From positions 1 to 64,000 of the forward strand of contig JBEKIW010000004.1 of assembly GCA_050011565.1 (NCBI GenBank): DNA of 64,000 nt, read 5' to 3'. Position numbers and translations under genes: made by a program. This stretch comes from Dehalococcoidia bacterium (GTDB lineage: Bacteria; Chloroflexota; Dehalococcoidia; GIF9; UBA5629). This document shows, in pieces, positions 1 through 9,900 of the stretch (position 1 is its first letter; every line of letters begins with the position of its first letter). Below the pieces are notes generated by a model that was not told the origin of the DNA, did no database searches, and saw only the letters and a list, made by a program, of their open reading frames with translations.

Positions 1-725
1 TATTCGGAACCGCCTTCCGTCACGATCTCTTGATCCGTGGCAAACGGCATAATCATCTTCAGCGTGCTTTCGCCGGAATCATACGCGACGAGTGCACAGG
101 GGACCCCATCGACAACGCTGACCCCTTCCAGTTCTAATGTGACCTCGCCATTGCGGAAAACCGAACCTGGCTTAATCCCGGCACCCAGGTTGACCGGTGC
201 CGCGACAAAGGCCGCGGCATGGACAATTCTTTGACCGATAGCTTTGAGGTCCTGGATTCCCTTACCAAATCTCATCGGTCGTGCAAACACGTCATTGAAA
301 CTGTGGAAATCAATGAAATTATTATATATGGCATAACGAATCTCCACTGGAAGCATATTCCCCAGACTATCGGCGATATCCTCGAATTTACCGTGTGGAA
401 TGCCGAACATCGGTCCCCTCTCGTCCATCCCAGAAAGACTTGGATTGAACACGTAGGTCCAATCCCTGAGCGCAGGAATCGTCACGGCCGGTTCAGTATT
501 GATTTGCAACCCGAACTCCGGACATGTGTATTCATCTCCGTTTTTTCCCGACAGTGCCGCTGGAATGCAGCGGAGCTTGAGAATGTAAGTTTCGGTGCCG
601 GTACGCTTTCCATTGAAACCTATGTGGATGAACTGGGTTTCCATGTGGAAATGCTGGGACTCTGGTTTTCGCTCGGCGGAAAGGTCAAATGGACCTTTGA
701 GGTCTCGAATAAGGTGCTGCTTCAT
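1..725 (-). CDS. Hypothetical protein, truncated by the left window edge (not in ORF track)
   Basis: Minus-strand frame from ATG at 725 (MKQHLIRDLKGPFDLSAERKPESQHF...) has no stop before position 1; GAGG lies upstream. The + strand ORFs here are probably shadows. Confidence 0.7.
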   Translation of the reverse strand, partial: MKQHLIRDLKGPFDLSAERKPESQHFHMETQFIHIGFNGKRTGTETYILKLRCIPAALSGKNGDEYTCPEFGLQINTEPAVTIPALRDWTYVFNPSLSGMDERGPMFGIPHGKFEDIADSLGNMLPVEIRYAIYNNFIDFHSFNDVFARPMRFGKGIQDLKAIGQRIVHAAAFVAAPVNLGAGIKPGSVFRNGEVTLELEGVSVVDGVPCALVAYDSGESTLKMIMPFATDQEIVTEGGSE

Positions 726-944
726 TGCCCTCACTAATTTTTTATGTCTATTAAATTTGTCGTTGACGCCCTTGGCTATATTATATATCTTTCGCCAAGC
801 CCTCTACTACAATTACTGAATAGCGTAACAAAAGTCAGAATAGTGCAACGGGAATTCCGCGTACTGCACTAAACGGAAAAAGTGGAACAGACCACAAAAC
901 CAGAGGTTGAGGTATGGTGTGAGAATCAGTTAGGAGAGAAAACA

Positions 945-962
945 GTAGCCGGTGACGGCTAC
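945..962 (-). terminator. Probable intrinsic terminator of the 4-hydroxybutyryl-CoA dehydratase gene
   Basis: GTAGCCG-4nt-CGGCTAC hairpin followed on the minus strand by TGTTTTCT. Confidence 0.5.
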
Positions 963-982
963 GGCTCTAGTTTGGTAGCTCC

Positions 983-2431
983 TTAGTCCAGTCCAGCAAT
1001 TCTTCTGGCAAGTTTTTTCTTAAACTCCCAGTCAGTTTCGCGGTCAATCATTATCCGCTGGGCTTGAGGTGAGCCAGCACCATGGATAGACTCTAATAAT
1101 AAACACACTGACCCTGTTCCCATCGTCATGCTTTCCATGAGGCGTATCAGGCGAAAGCGGACTTCAGCGGGTATGCCAGCCACACCCTCTAAATACTTCT
1201 CCACATATCGCCCTACCTCGGGATGTTTAAACTCCCTTTCTGATGGCATAGTGCCCATAATACCACCAGCAATGTCCTGGGCTAAACGAACTATTTCAAA
1301 GGGAAAGCGAGTGACGTGGAGTTTACACACATTTGCCAGAAGCGAATCTACAGCGTAGCCACCGCTGGGGAGTTGATGACCTTCAGACGAACTGGCGATT
1401 CCAGCAGCGTAAAGCGTTTCATTGAGATGGATCATTTCAATTAACTTATCGCGAATGTGAGACGCAGTGTGTGTTCCTTGAATTTCAGCGACGAGGCCAG
1501 CGGCACCAATGAGGACATCTGCCACACCAGATTTACAGCCTCCGTAACTGGCTCGATGAAAGGCAGCAAATAATTCCACCAGACGGCGGCAGAACTGGTA
1601 TTCCCCGTTAAGAAAAACACGTTCCCAGGGGACAAAAACGTCATCAAAAATAATCAGAGCTTCTTGACCACCAAAATTGATATTGCCAACATCCGTAACA
1701 CTGGCCTCCAGTCGGCGTGTGTCTGATGGCTGACGCCCATAAATAAAGAATACCCCTTTAGTATCATTAGGAACGGCAAAGGAAACCGCATAATCTTTTT
1801 CCTCGGCTACCATAGCTCTGGTTGGGACTACCAATACCTCGTGAGAATTGACAGCGCCGGTAATATGTGCCTTGGCGCCACGAACAACTATGCCATTTTT
1901 CCCCTCCTCAACTATCCGTAGATACTGGTCGGGATTCTTTTGCTTGCTCGGCGGCAAACTTCGGTCCCCCTTAGGGTCGGTCATGGCTGCTGAGCAAACC
2001 AGGTCTTCATCCTGTAAATACTTGAGGAAGTCATTAAATCTCTGGTGATACTGGGTACCCACTGCCTTGTCCACCTCAAAAGTAACCGCTGACACGGTGT
2101 TTATGGCATCCAGTCCGGCGCATCGTTGGAAGCACGAAGCTGTTTTCTGCCCCACCACCCTCAGCATTTTAATTTTCCTTTTCAAATCATCCTGGCTCTG
2201 ATGGATATGGGTAAACCGATTGATAATTTTCCCGGTGATATGCGACATTGCCGTAAATAGCTCCATATAATCAGGCACGTGAGCCAGCTCATAGGTCATA
2301 GCTATAGAGTTGATAGAGGGTCGGATAATGGGGTGAGAGACCCAGTCCTTTACCTGGTCGCCAAAAAGATAAACCACTGTCCCCAGTCTCCTGAGACTTT
2401 CTATGTACTCTTCCTTAGTCTTGAGTGCCAT
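983..2431 (-). CDS. abfD: 4-hydroxybutyryl-CoA dehydratase / vinylacetyl-CoA isomerase (HpaB-like family)
   Basis: CFQRC cluster motif, AMTDPKGDRS, HRASYGGCK, and C-terminal ESIHGAGSPQAQ; 482 aa. Confidence 0.85.
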   Translation of the reverse strand: MALKTKEEYIESLRRLGTVVYLFGDQVKDWVSHPIIRPSINSIAMTYELAHVPDYMELFTAMSHITGKIINRFTHIHQSQDDLKRKIKMLRVVGQKTASCFQRCAGLDAINTVSAVTFEVDKAVGTQYHQRFNDFLKYLQDEDLVCSAAMTDPKGDRSLPPSKQKNPDQYLRIVEEGKNGIVVRGAKAHITGAVNSHEVLVVPTRAMVAEEKDYAVSFAVPNDTKGVFFIYGRQPSDTRRLEASVTDVGNINFGGQEALIIFDDVFVPWERVFLNGEYQFCRRLVELFAAFHRASYGGCKSGVADVLIGAAGLVAEIQGTHTASHIRDKLIEMIHLNETLYAAGIASSSEGHQLPSGGYAVDSLLANVCKLHVTRFPFEIVRLAQDIAGGIMGTMPSEREFKHPEVGRYVEKYLEGVAGIPAEVRFRLIRLMESMTMGTGSVCLLLESIHGAGSPQAQRIMIDRETDWEFKKKLARRIAGLD

Positions 2432-2659
2432 TTCTTAACCCTCCTCCGTTTTTCTGCGGTTAGTGCCTTCACATCGTTTGGACCAATATCAGTCCCACTT
2501 TGCCCCAGATATCCCAATACCCCCACAGAATAGCATATATCAAAATAAGAAGTCACAAAAAGCCAGATTGTATGCCCTTCACGGGAGGTGCTTCACACAA
2601 AGGTAAACGCAGCATTGAAAAATGAACCTTTGTTCAGGAAAAGGCATAAAGGTGAGATG

Positions 2660-2866
2660 CTACTTGGGTGGTGATATTTCTTTAAGTTTTTCTGAAGCCG
2701 GCTCACCGCCAATGCCCCAGTGCGTTTTGGGAATTTCATGAACGAGTACTTCTATAGCATGTTCTGGGACGCCCAAATCCGCGATAACTTTTGTTATACC
2801 CTGTATCATCGTTTTTACTTTCTCCTCTCCAACGCCCTCCCAGAAATTTACGTGAACAATAGGCAT
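2660..2866 (-). CDS. 4-oxalocrotonate tautomerase family protein
   Basis: N-terminal Pro (MPIVHV), HWGIGG, 68 aa, GAGG RBS. Confidence 0.9.
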   Translation of the reverse strand: MPIVHVNFWEGVGEEKVKTMIQGITKVIADLGVPEHAIEVLVHEIPKTHWGIGGEPASEKLKEISPPK

Positions 2867-3039
2867 TTTTTACCTCCTCATTAGATTTTTCTTTTGAGCT
2901 TAATGGTAAGTATAGCCATATCAAATGGAGAAATCATCCTGGATACAAAGGTGCAGCCCTTTCTACCCACATCACCTTCCATCGTAATGTTCAGTGAACA
3001 AAACGATGTATTGTGACCTAAAAGAATAGTCTATATGGG

Positions 3040-3258
3040 ATGTCCATCATTTTATTCAACTTTCTGCTGCATTTGCTCGTCTGGCAGGTGCTGGGGCCGA
3101 GGGAGGGGAGACCGCCTAGGAGACGCAGGAAGAGGGATGATAAGGTCAGGGAATTGCGGAGGAAGGGGGTGCCGGTTAGGCAACTGGCCGAGATGTGCAA
3201 GCTTGGCCGGCAGGCCGTCTACAAGATACTGCGGCGGGGGCGGCTTGACAGATTATAG
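3040..3258 (+). pseudogene. Resolvase-type C-terminal HTH fragment, or a small DNA-binding protein
   Basis: GRPP hook followed by Hin-like HTH (VRELRRKGVPVRQLAEMCKLGRQAVYKIL); no catalytic domain. Confidence 0.45.
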
Positions 3259-3299
3259 TAGGGATGTATACTTGCCTTAGCTACGAGCCGAGGGGGCGC

Positions 3300-4154
3300 A
3301 TGGAATTCATAGCTATTGATGTAGAAACAGCCAATGCTGACATGTCATCTATCTGCCAGGTTGGTATTGCGTACTACCAATCGGGGGTTCTTGAGGATGA
3401 GTGGAAATCATATATTAACCCAGAAGACTACTTTGATATTATCAATGTCTCTATTCACGGAATTGACGAATCGACAGTTGTCGGTGCTCCCAAACTTCCG
3501 GAGGTCAGAGACCAAATCCATAAATACCTAGACAAGCGTATCAGTGTATGCCACACGCATTTTGACCGTGTCGCTATTAGTCAAGCCTTCAACAAGTACA
3601 GTATGGTAACGCCTAACTGCACATGGCTAGATTCGGCTCGTGTAGTGCGCAGGACTTGGAAGGAATTCGCATGGAGTGGATATGGCCTCGACAATGTATG
3701 CGCATGCCTCGGTTACGAATTTAAGCATCATGATGCGCTAGAAGACGCCAAAGCCGCGGGTTACATCCTTATCTCAGCCGTCAGGAAGTCGGGAATCGAC
3801 CTAGAGGCATGGTTAAAGCGGGTTAACCAACCGATTGACCTCTCCACCCAGTCCATCAAGCGAGAAGGCAACCCAGAGGGCCCTCTCTATGGAGAAGTCC
3901 TAGTGTTTACCGGCGCGTTAAGCATACCTAGGCGAGAGGCGGCAAGTATGGCCGCAAAAATCGGCTGTCAGGTTATATCAAGCGTAAACAGAGAGACCAC
4001 CTTGCTAGTTGTTGGTGACCAGGACATCAGACGTTTGGCAGGTCATGAAAAAAGCTCCAAGCACAGGAAGGCGGAAGAGTTAATATCTGAGGGGCAGCCG
4101 ATACGTATATTAAGAGAGACCGATTTCAAAGAGCTGGTAAACCTGTCTAATTGA
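3300..4154 (+). CDS. DEDDh 3'-5' exonuclease (DNA pol III epsilon-like) with C-terminal BRCT domain
   Basis: AIDVETAN, HTHFD and HHDALED motifs; BRCT LVFTGAL...TTLLVVG; TTGACA-16-TATACT promoter at 3245-3272. Confidence 0.9.
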   Translation: MEFIAIDVETANADMSSICQVGIAYYQSGVLEDEWKSYINPEDYFDIINVSIHGIDESTVVGAPKLPEVRDQIHKYLDKRISVCHTHFDRVAISQAFNKYSMVTPNCTWLDSARVVRRTWKEFAWSGYGLDNVCACLGYEFKHHDALEDAKAAGYILISAVRKSGIDLEAWLKRVNQPIDLSTQSIKREGNPEGPLYGEVLVFTGALSIPRREAASMAAKIGCQVISSVNRETTLLVVGDQDIRRLAGHEKSSKHRKAEELISEGQPIRILRETDFKELVNLSN

Positions 4155-4243
4155 CGCGATACTAAACCGCAGACCTAAAGAGACCAAGAATTTCACCAAA
4201 AACTCCGTAGCTAAAGGAGCGTGTTAGGCTCATAAAGATAGAG

Positions 4244-4438
4244 TTACCTAGTCTTCCTTCTAATTTCCTCTTTGACTTGTTCTGTGATTTTTCTGTTGTT
4301 TTCTTGTACTGCATTTGCTACACCCTCGGCTATAAGAGTAGCTAGACTTCTTAGTTCAGGGTTGCGCGAAATACCACTTGAGCTAAGAATTCTCGACTCT
4401 ACTATATTTTTTACCTGTAATATATCCAAACCAAACAT
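4244..4438 (-). CDS. Small hypothetical protein
   Basis: GGAGG RBS before ATG 4438; 64-aa helical sequence. Confidence 0.5.
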   Translation of the reverse strand: MFGLDILQVKNIVESRILSSSGISRNPELRSLATLIAEGVANAVQENNRKITEQVKEEIRRKTR

Positions 4439-4711
4439 GAATAAGCCTCCCTGTGCAAGAATCTGCACGTAATATTGTACATATATCATACTGTGTCAAC
4501 CATCTGTTGTTTGGCTTCTAGTGACAGTATTACTTGCTTTACATAGAGGGATTGGACTAGATTTAGAGCGGTGGACTCGGCAGACCTCGGTGGGGGCATA
4601 CTTGCCCTAACTGCAGGTCAAAGGGACGATGGTCTTCTATTTTAGTCTGGGTGGGTGTATACTTTAGGAAGCAGCACACTCGCGACTGAGGTAAGCAGGA
4701 GGTGGAGCGAG

Positions 4712-5386
4712 ATGCAGCAGTGGTACCAGTGTCCCCAGTGCGGCAAGGACATTCTATACGGGGTCAACCCGTGTCCTTACTGTAAGTGTTCTTTGGCCTG
4801 GTCGCAGCAAGGACCAGTGCAATATATACCGCCAGCGGCACAACCAGAACCGGCGTACCAGCCACAACAGACTCCACAAGACCAGCAACAATACAAGGCT
4901 GAAACACCAAAGACGAAGCTCACTTTAGCGCACAAGATTACAGCAGGGATAGTTTTGCTAGGCCTAGGCATATTCGGTACTTGTGCTGTTTGTATCTGTA
5001 CTCAACCATCAACAACTACCCAGCCGCCGACACAACAACCTGCGGCACCAGCCAGCACCACGTCTCCCAGCACTGTATCTAGCGAACCCCAACTGATAAA
5101 TGAATGGACTGGTAGTGGCGATAAAAATACCGAAGTATTCAACATTTCTCAATCGCCCTGGTTGGTGGAATGGGAATTTATCAACCCCGAGAAATATAGC
5201 GATGGGACTTCAGCCGCGGGAATGGTTATATATGTTTACGATGTAAATAATTCAGATTATGCGGCCGAGATATTGGATTGTGGTGAGACGGATTCATCAA
5301 GTTATATTTATAGAGCCGGTACATTTTATCTAAAGATAACTCCGGCAAATACTAGTTGGAAAATTAAAGTAACAGGTGTCCCTTGA
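4712..5386 (+). CDS. Zinc-ribbon single-pass membrane protein
   Basis: CPQC...CPYC, Q/P linker, TM helix, T/P/S linker, beta-rich C-terminal domain; GGAGG RBS. Confidence 0.75.
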   Translation: MQQWYQCPQCGKDILYGVNPCPYCKCSLAWSQQGPVQYIPPAAQPEPAYQPQQTPQDQQQYKAETPKTKLTLAHKITAGIVLLGLGIFGTCAVCICTQPSTTTQPPTQQPAAPASTTSPSTVSSEPQLINEWTGSGDKNTEVFNISQSPWLVEWEFINPEKYSDGTSAAGMVIYVYDVNNSDYAAEILDCGETDSSSYIYRAGTFYLKITPANTSWKIKVTGVP

Positions 5387-5457
5387 GAACTCTGCCAACT
5401 CTACTCACCCCTTAACCAGATACATTAAAGATTTGGGGACATTTTAGGCTTGAAAAT

Positions 5458-5495
5458 TGGTAGCGGGGACTGGATTTGAACTAGCGACCTTCTGG
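5458..5495 (-). repeat. Orphan 3' fragment of an initiator-Met-like tRNA (att-site scar)
   Basis: Reverse complement CCAGAAGGTCGCTAGTTCAAATCCAGTCCCCGCTACCA gives T-arm, acceptor 3' strand and CCA; no 5' half. Confidence 0.7.
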
Positions 5496-5960
5496 TGGTA
5501 AGTTAGTTCCCAAGCTCAGCGTAGCATTCTCTTTTGCCATAACGTCCGCGAGTCCGTCCAGGTTCTCTGCCAGTTGCCAAGCTCGCTCAGCAAAGGTATC
5601 AATATCGGAATCTAGCAAGTTTGACCTCTCCAGTACTGTCTCTCCTATCAGACCTGAAAACAGAGCGTGAAGGTTGTGTGTTAGATAGTTCCGTTGGTCT
5701 CTCAAAAGCTCAAGAGAGGGTTGTACTTTTTTCATAAGACCGTGCTTTTTCAACAGGTTAATGAGATTGCCGAGAGTTGCGTGCTCCTTGTATTTTACCA
5801 AGTTGGCGTCTAAGTATAATTTCAGTTCAGTCTCAAGTCTTCCTGCGGCCAACATGGTGCGCCCTAGCCGCTCGCAAAATTCGCTATCAGCATATAGGAG
5901 GTCAAAGAACTCCCTACCAGCGACTGGTACGCCCTTTCGATTGACTTTAACTATGCGCAC
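5481..5960 (-). CDS. Hypothetical protein between two tRNA fragments
   Basis: 159-aa ORF with ATLG..LI and RNYLTH (R-x4-H, HEPN-like); its stop codon lies inside the tRNA-Met fragment. Confidence 0.6.
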   Translation of the reverse strand: MRIVKVNRKGVPVAGREFFDLLYADSEFCERLGRTMLAAGRLETELKLYLDANLVKYKEHATLGNLINLLKKHGLMKKVQPSLELLRDQRNYLTHNLHALFSGLIGETVLERSNLLDSDIDTFAERAWQLAENLDGLADVMAKENATLSLGTNLPPEGR

Positions 5961-6038
5961 GGGCGAAATATCCTTTTTAAGGTTAGTCGTATTCTAAGTT
6001 TGAAGGAGTAGAGTGTCAAATAAATGATAGGAAGATGT

Positions 6039-6085
6039 TGGCTCCCGAGGTAGGACTCGAACCTACGGCCAAGCGGTTAACAGCC
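6039..6085 (-). repeat. Orphan 3' half of tRNA-Asn(GTT) (att-site scar)
   Basis: Reverse complement GGCTGTTAACCGCTTGGCCGTAGGTTCGAGTCCTACCTCGGGAGCCA gives anticodon loop, T-arm and CCA; D-arm and 5' acceptor strand absent. Confidence 0.85.
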
Positions 6086-6321
6086 ACGCCCTTTTTTTAG
6101 GAAAAAAAGCAGAACATTTCTGACTAATGTGCAATCTTATTCCCAATTGACGCCAAGATACATTCCTTTAATTAAAATTCGACACAAGGTAACTTGATAA
6201 TAAGTTTGCTATAATTGTTCCGGCATATTGCTGAGGTGGGGCTGTGCCAATTGCTTCAATAGTGTTATGAGGCACTTGGTATTATACCCGCGAGGCAGAA
6301 CGCTCCACAAAAGAGAAAACT

Positions 6322-6678
6322 TTGAGAAGACAAGAGAAAATTTTGCGAAAACAGAGGTCTGGCCGCTGGAAGGCATATCTAATAGGCATAGGGCTAGTAT
6401 TTGGAGCCACTATTATTGGCGAACTATTGAAAACCATTCCTTATTTTGACCCCAGCAATATGGACATGCTCTATCTTTTGTGTGTTGTTATATCTGCCTT
6501 TTACCTGGGAATTGGTCCATCTATAATGGTGTTGATTCTCAGCGTGCCCGCTTTTGATTTCTTTTTCCTGCTTCCACTCTATACATTAGCGGTAGCGAAT
6601 GAACAAGGTGCTGTCAACGTACTTCTTTTGTTTTTGGTGAGTATCGCAATCATTTCGCTATCCCCCCGGATTCGATAA
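6322..6678 (+). CDS. Stand-alone KdpD-like transmembrane domain (DUF4118-type)
   Basis: 4 TM helices, MLYLLCVV and AFDFFFLLPLYTL motifs. Confidence 0.7.
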   Translation: MRRQEKILRKQRSGRWKAYLIGIGLVFGATIIGELLKTIPYFDPSNMDMLYLLCVVISAFYLGIGPSIMVLILSVPAFDFFFLLPLYTLAVANEQGAVNVLLLFLVSIAIISLSPRIR

Positions 6679-6838
6679 ATAGGCAGGCAATTCTGTCTTA
6701 ACTTATTGCACGATTTAGCGGAATGTTCAGTCCTCTAGTTGGACTATCCATATAGTATAGTACCGAACACCAAATAATATGTGGGTCTTGACAGTCGGTA
6801 TATAATATCGAGTGAACCAGGCCTGTAACTTTTATAAA

Positions 6839-6914
6839 TAAGTGGGGGCAAAGACACAGCGTCCGTGAGGGGGCACTTGGGCGCTGCAGAGCCAATAGTG
6901 AAACCGACCACTTA
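6839..6914 (+). ncRNA. c-di-GMP-II-class riboswitch aptamer, variant
   Basis: P1 TAAGTGG/CCACTTA; kink-turn GGC-AAA-GA...GA-GCC; P3 CAGCGTCC/GGGCGCTG; loop GGGCACTT; 3' AATAGTGAAACCGACC matches class-II architecture. Confidence 0.8.
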
Positions 6915-6929
6915 GGTGGTCGGTTTTTT
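6901..6929 (+). terminator. Riboswitch expression-platform terminator
   Basis: AAACCGACCAC-TTAG-GTGGTCGGTTT plus T-tract; overlaps the aptamer 3' strand. Confidence 0.9.
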
Positions 6930-6996
6930 ATTATTATCACCAGGAAGAGACGCCGATGATTGCGCAGTGAAACACAGAAAGGGAGGTTATTTCACT

Positions 6997-9900
6997 ATGA
7001 TTTCTAAAATGAGGAAGATCAATAAGCGTGAATTAGCCCCTGTATTTAAAAAGGTTATCATATCTCACCTGGGCGAATTGACTCGTGATACAAGAACTGT
7101 CGGCGATATGATTAAATATCGTATTTACTATCATAACTCGACGACATTTCCGGCTGACATCATTATTACAGACAGATTGCCAGATGGACTCTCTCATGTT
7201 ACCGTATTTAACAATGGTAAATATGATAGGACGAAACGTATTGTAACATGGCGGGTGAAAAAATTGTCGCCCATGCAGGGCTCATACGTTGAGGTACAGG
7301 CCAGGATTGACTCTGATGGAGTAATAAGTAATCAAGCTTTCCTCGATAGCTTTGGGGCGCCTCAGAGGAAAACGAATATCGTAAAGACGAGGGTCTTGGT
7401 GCCGCCAAAACTGGGCTGGGTTCCATTTACCAAGGATAGCAAACCAGGAGAACCTGCGCGCTCTTACATGAAGGACGAAACCACCACCGGATTAACGGTG
7501 AATTTTGATATCAACGGCATGCATGTCCGCAAAGAAATACTCGATGGTGTAGCGTATCACCATTTATCCATTCCGGGCAGAGCAACGATGTTAGAAGTCG
7601 GGAAGCCCCAATTACCGATAGTGGGCCAGATTATCGAAGTGCCACATGGTGTGGACATCAATCCCATCATTGTGAAGAAAGAACCCATTACATTAGAAGG
7701 TTATAATGTCTACCCCACGCAGAAGCCGGAATATCTTGCTGCCAGTAACGTCAAACGCGCTTTCAAAATTGATAAAGTGACATATCTATCTGCTGCCACG
7801 TATCCATCCACGCCGGTGGCAATACAGGCAAAAGACATTGGTGTGATCCGTGGCCACCGGCTGGTATTTCTGAAGGTGTGCCCCCTGCAATATAACTTTA
7901 CCACCAGGAAGATGACGGCTTTTTCAAATATCGAGGTACGATTGGAATACGACCATCCTGCCCAAATTGAGGGGGTCGACAGAAGAATCGCATCTGCCCC
8001 TTTTGAGGCGTTGTTGCAATCATCCGTAATTAACTACAAGGCACCTACACGTACCTATAGTTGCGGTATTCCTCCGCCAGAACCAAGTGAATTAACCGGC
8101 TGTCACTATCTGATCCTCACTCATCCCGATTTTTATAATAAGGACCCATTGGTAAAATTTGCAAACTGGAAGCGGCGAAAAGGTCTCATCACAAAAGTGG
8201 TGGATGTGAGTACGATTCCTGGCGGCAATACAGCCGATGCGATCAAAACCTATATACGGAATGCGTATCATACTTGGTATCCCGCGCCAGCATATGTCTT
8301 GTTGATAGGAGATTCTAATTACATTCCCCCAAACGACGGCCTTCCTCATCCACAACATCTTGATTCTAATGGTAATGCGACACCGATCGCGACCGATATC
8401 TATTACGCCACCGTAGACGGTAATGACTATTTCTCCGATATTTTCCTGGGCCGTTGGTCGGTTGATAATGTCGCCCAGCTAGGTCATGTAGTCGACAAGA
8501 TTATCTATTACGAGAATGAGGAAGTCCAGGACGCTAAATTTTATCATGACACATCCCTGGTAACCGTTTTTATTGATGACAACTCCGACGGTAAGGAAGA
8601 TGATGGCTATTACACAATCGAGTTTGCTGAGGCAATCCGGACTTATCTAATTGGCCAAGGTTATGACGTTCAGCGCATCTATTGTCATAGTGGTAGCGCT
8701 CCGAAAGGTCCATTATGGTATCAGGATGGTACAGATCTACCTGATGAGTTGAAGTTACCCGGTTTCCCGTGGAGCGGAGGGACACAAGACATCATACAGG
8801 CTATTAACACGGGAAATTTTCTCATGACCTACAAGGGACATGGAAAGTGGTTTGGGTGGTCGAGTCCTTGGTTCATGAATGGTGACTCCTTATCCAATGT
8901 CGGGAAATTACCGGTCATATTCTCGTTGGCGTGTGAGACCGGCTGGTTTGACAACGAAATAGATAGGGGGATTCAACAAGCTCCCGGAGCCAATGAGGAA
9001 TGTTTTTGCGAGTCTTTGCTCAGAAAAGAATGGGCCGGTGCTGTGGCCGTGATCGGTGCCACTCGTGATGCACCGACACCAGATGAATTCATGATACTAG
9101 GCATTTACAAGGCTATCTGGCCTGATTTCAATCCTACGCCACCATCAGTGCCGCTTCCGCCCATGGATATAGCACCATTACTCCGCATGGGCCAAATACT
9201 CAATTTTTGCAAGATTTATATTGCCAACCTTTTGGGTCCTGGCACCGGGATGCAATCAGTGCAATCACTCTTCGAATTGTATAACCTCTTCGGCGATCCA
9301 GAGATGCCGATTTGGACGCGAGCTCCGGTCAGGCTGGCTGTGTACCATCCTGAGTCAATTGGTTCAACTGGAAAGCAGGATTTCATGGTCTCGGTAACAG
9401 ATCCGTATTCCGGTACGCCGGTCCAAGGCGCGACGGTCACTCTCACTCGTACTTTAACACCAGTCAGTGGTGGCAGCATTCCTCCGGAAGAAATAATACA
9501 GGTTAGTTACACCGACCCCGGGGGCATCGCTCTTTTTGCGGTAGACACAATTACCGATACTGAAATCCAAATCACGGCCTCGGCTCTTAACTACCTTCCG
9601 TATAAGGATACAATCAAGGTAACCGCGGGGGGAGCTGTGCTAAATCGCCTCGACCCTGACAATGGCGCAAAAGGTCAGCCCTTCTTGCTTGGCGGCCAGA
9701 ATTTCAGCAAGGAGAATGTAGATATCTACTTTGAAATATCGGGACAGAAAATTCTAGTAAAAACAATTGAAGCATCTGGCGGAGATTTTGGCCAGGTTGG
9801 TGCAGATGTTGAAATCGAGGTACCCTGGTCCGATCCGCTTGGGCCAGCGAATCTAATTGCCGTAGGCCAGAAATCCGGCCGGTGCGCCGTTCGCGTCTTT

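Noticed and set aside
219-737. 172-aa + strand ORF
   Set aside because: Shadow of a longer minus-strand frame (725 to the window edge) with an RBS.
820-4230. Integron attC-like motifs (GCGTAAC...GTTAGGA near 823-935; GTTAGGC near 4222)
   Set aside because: No convincing paired R/L boxes, no repeated site family and no intI in the window.
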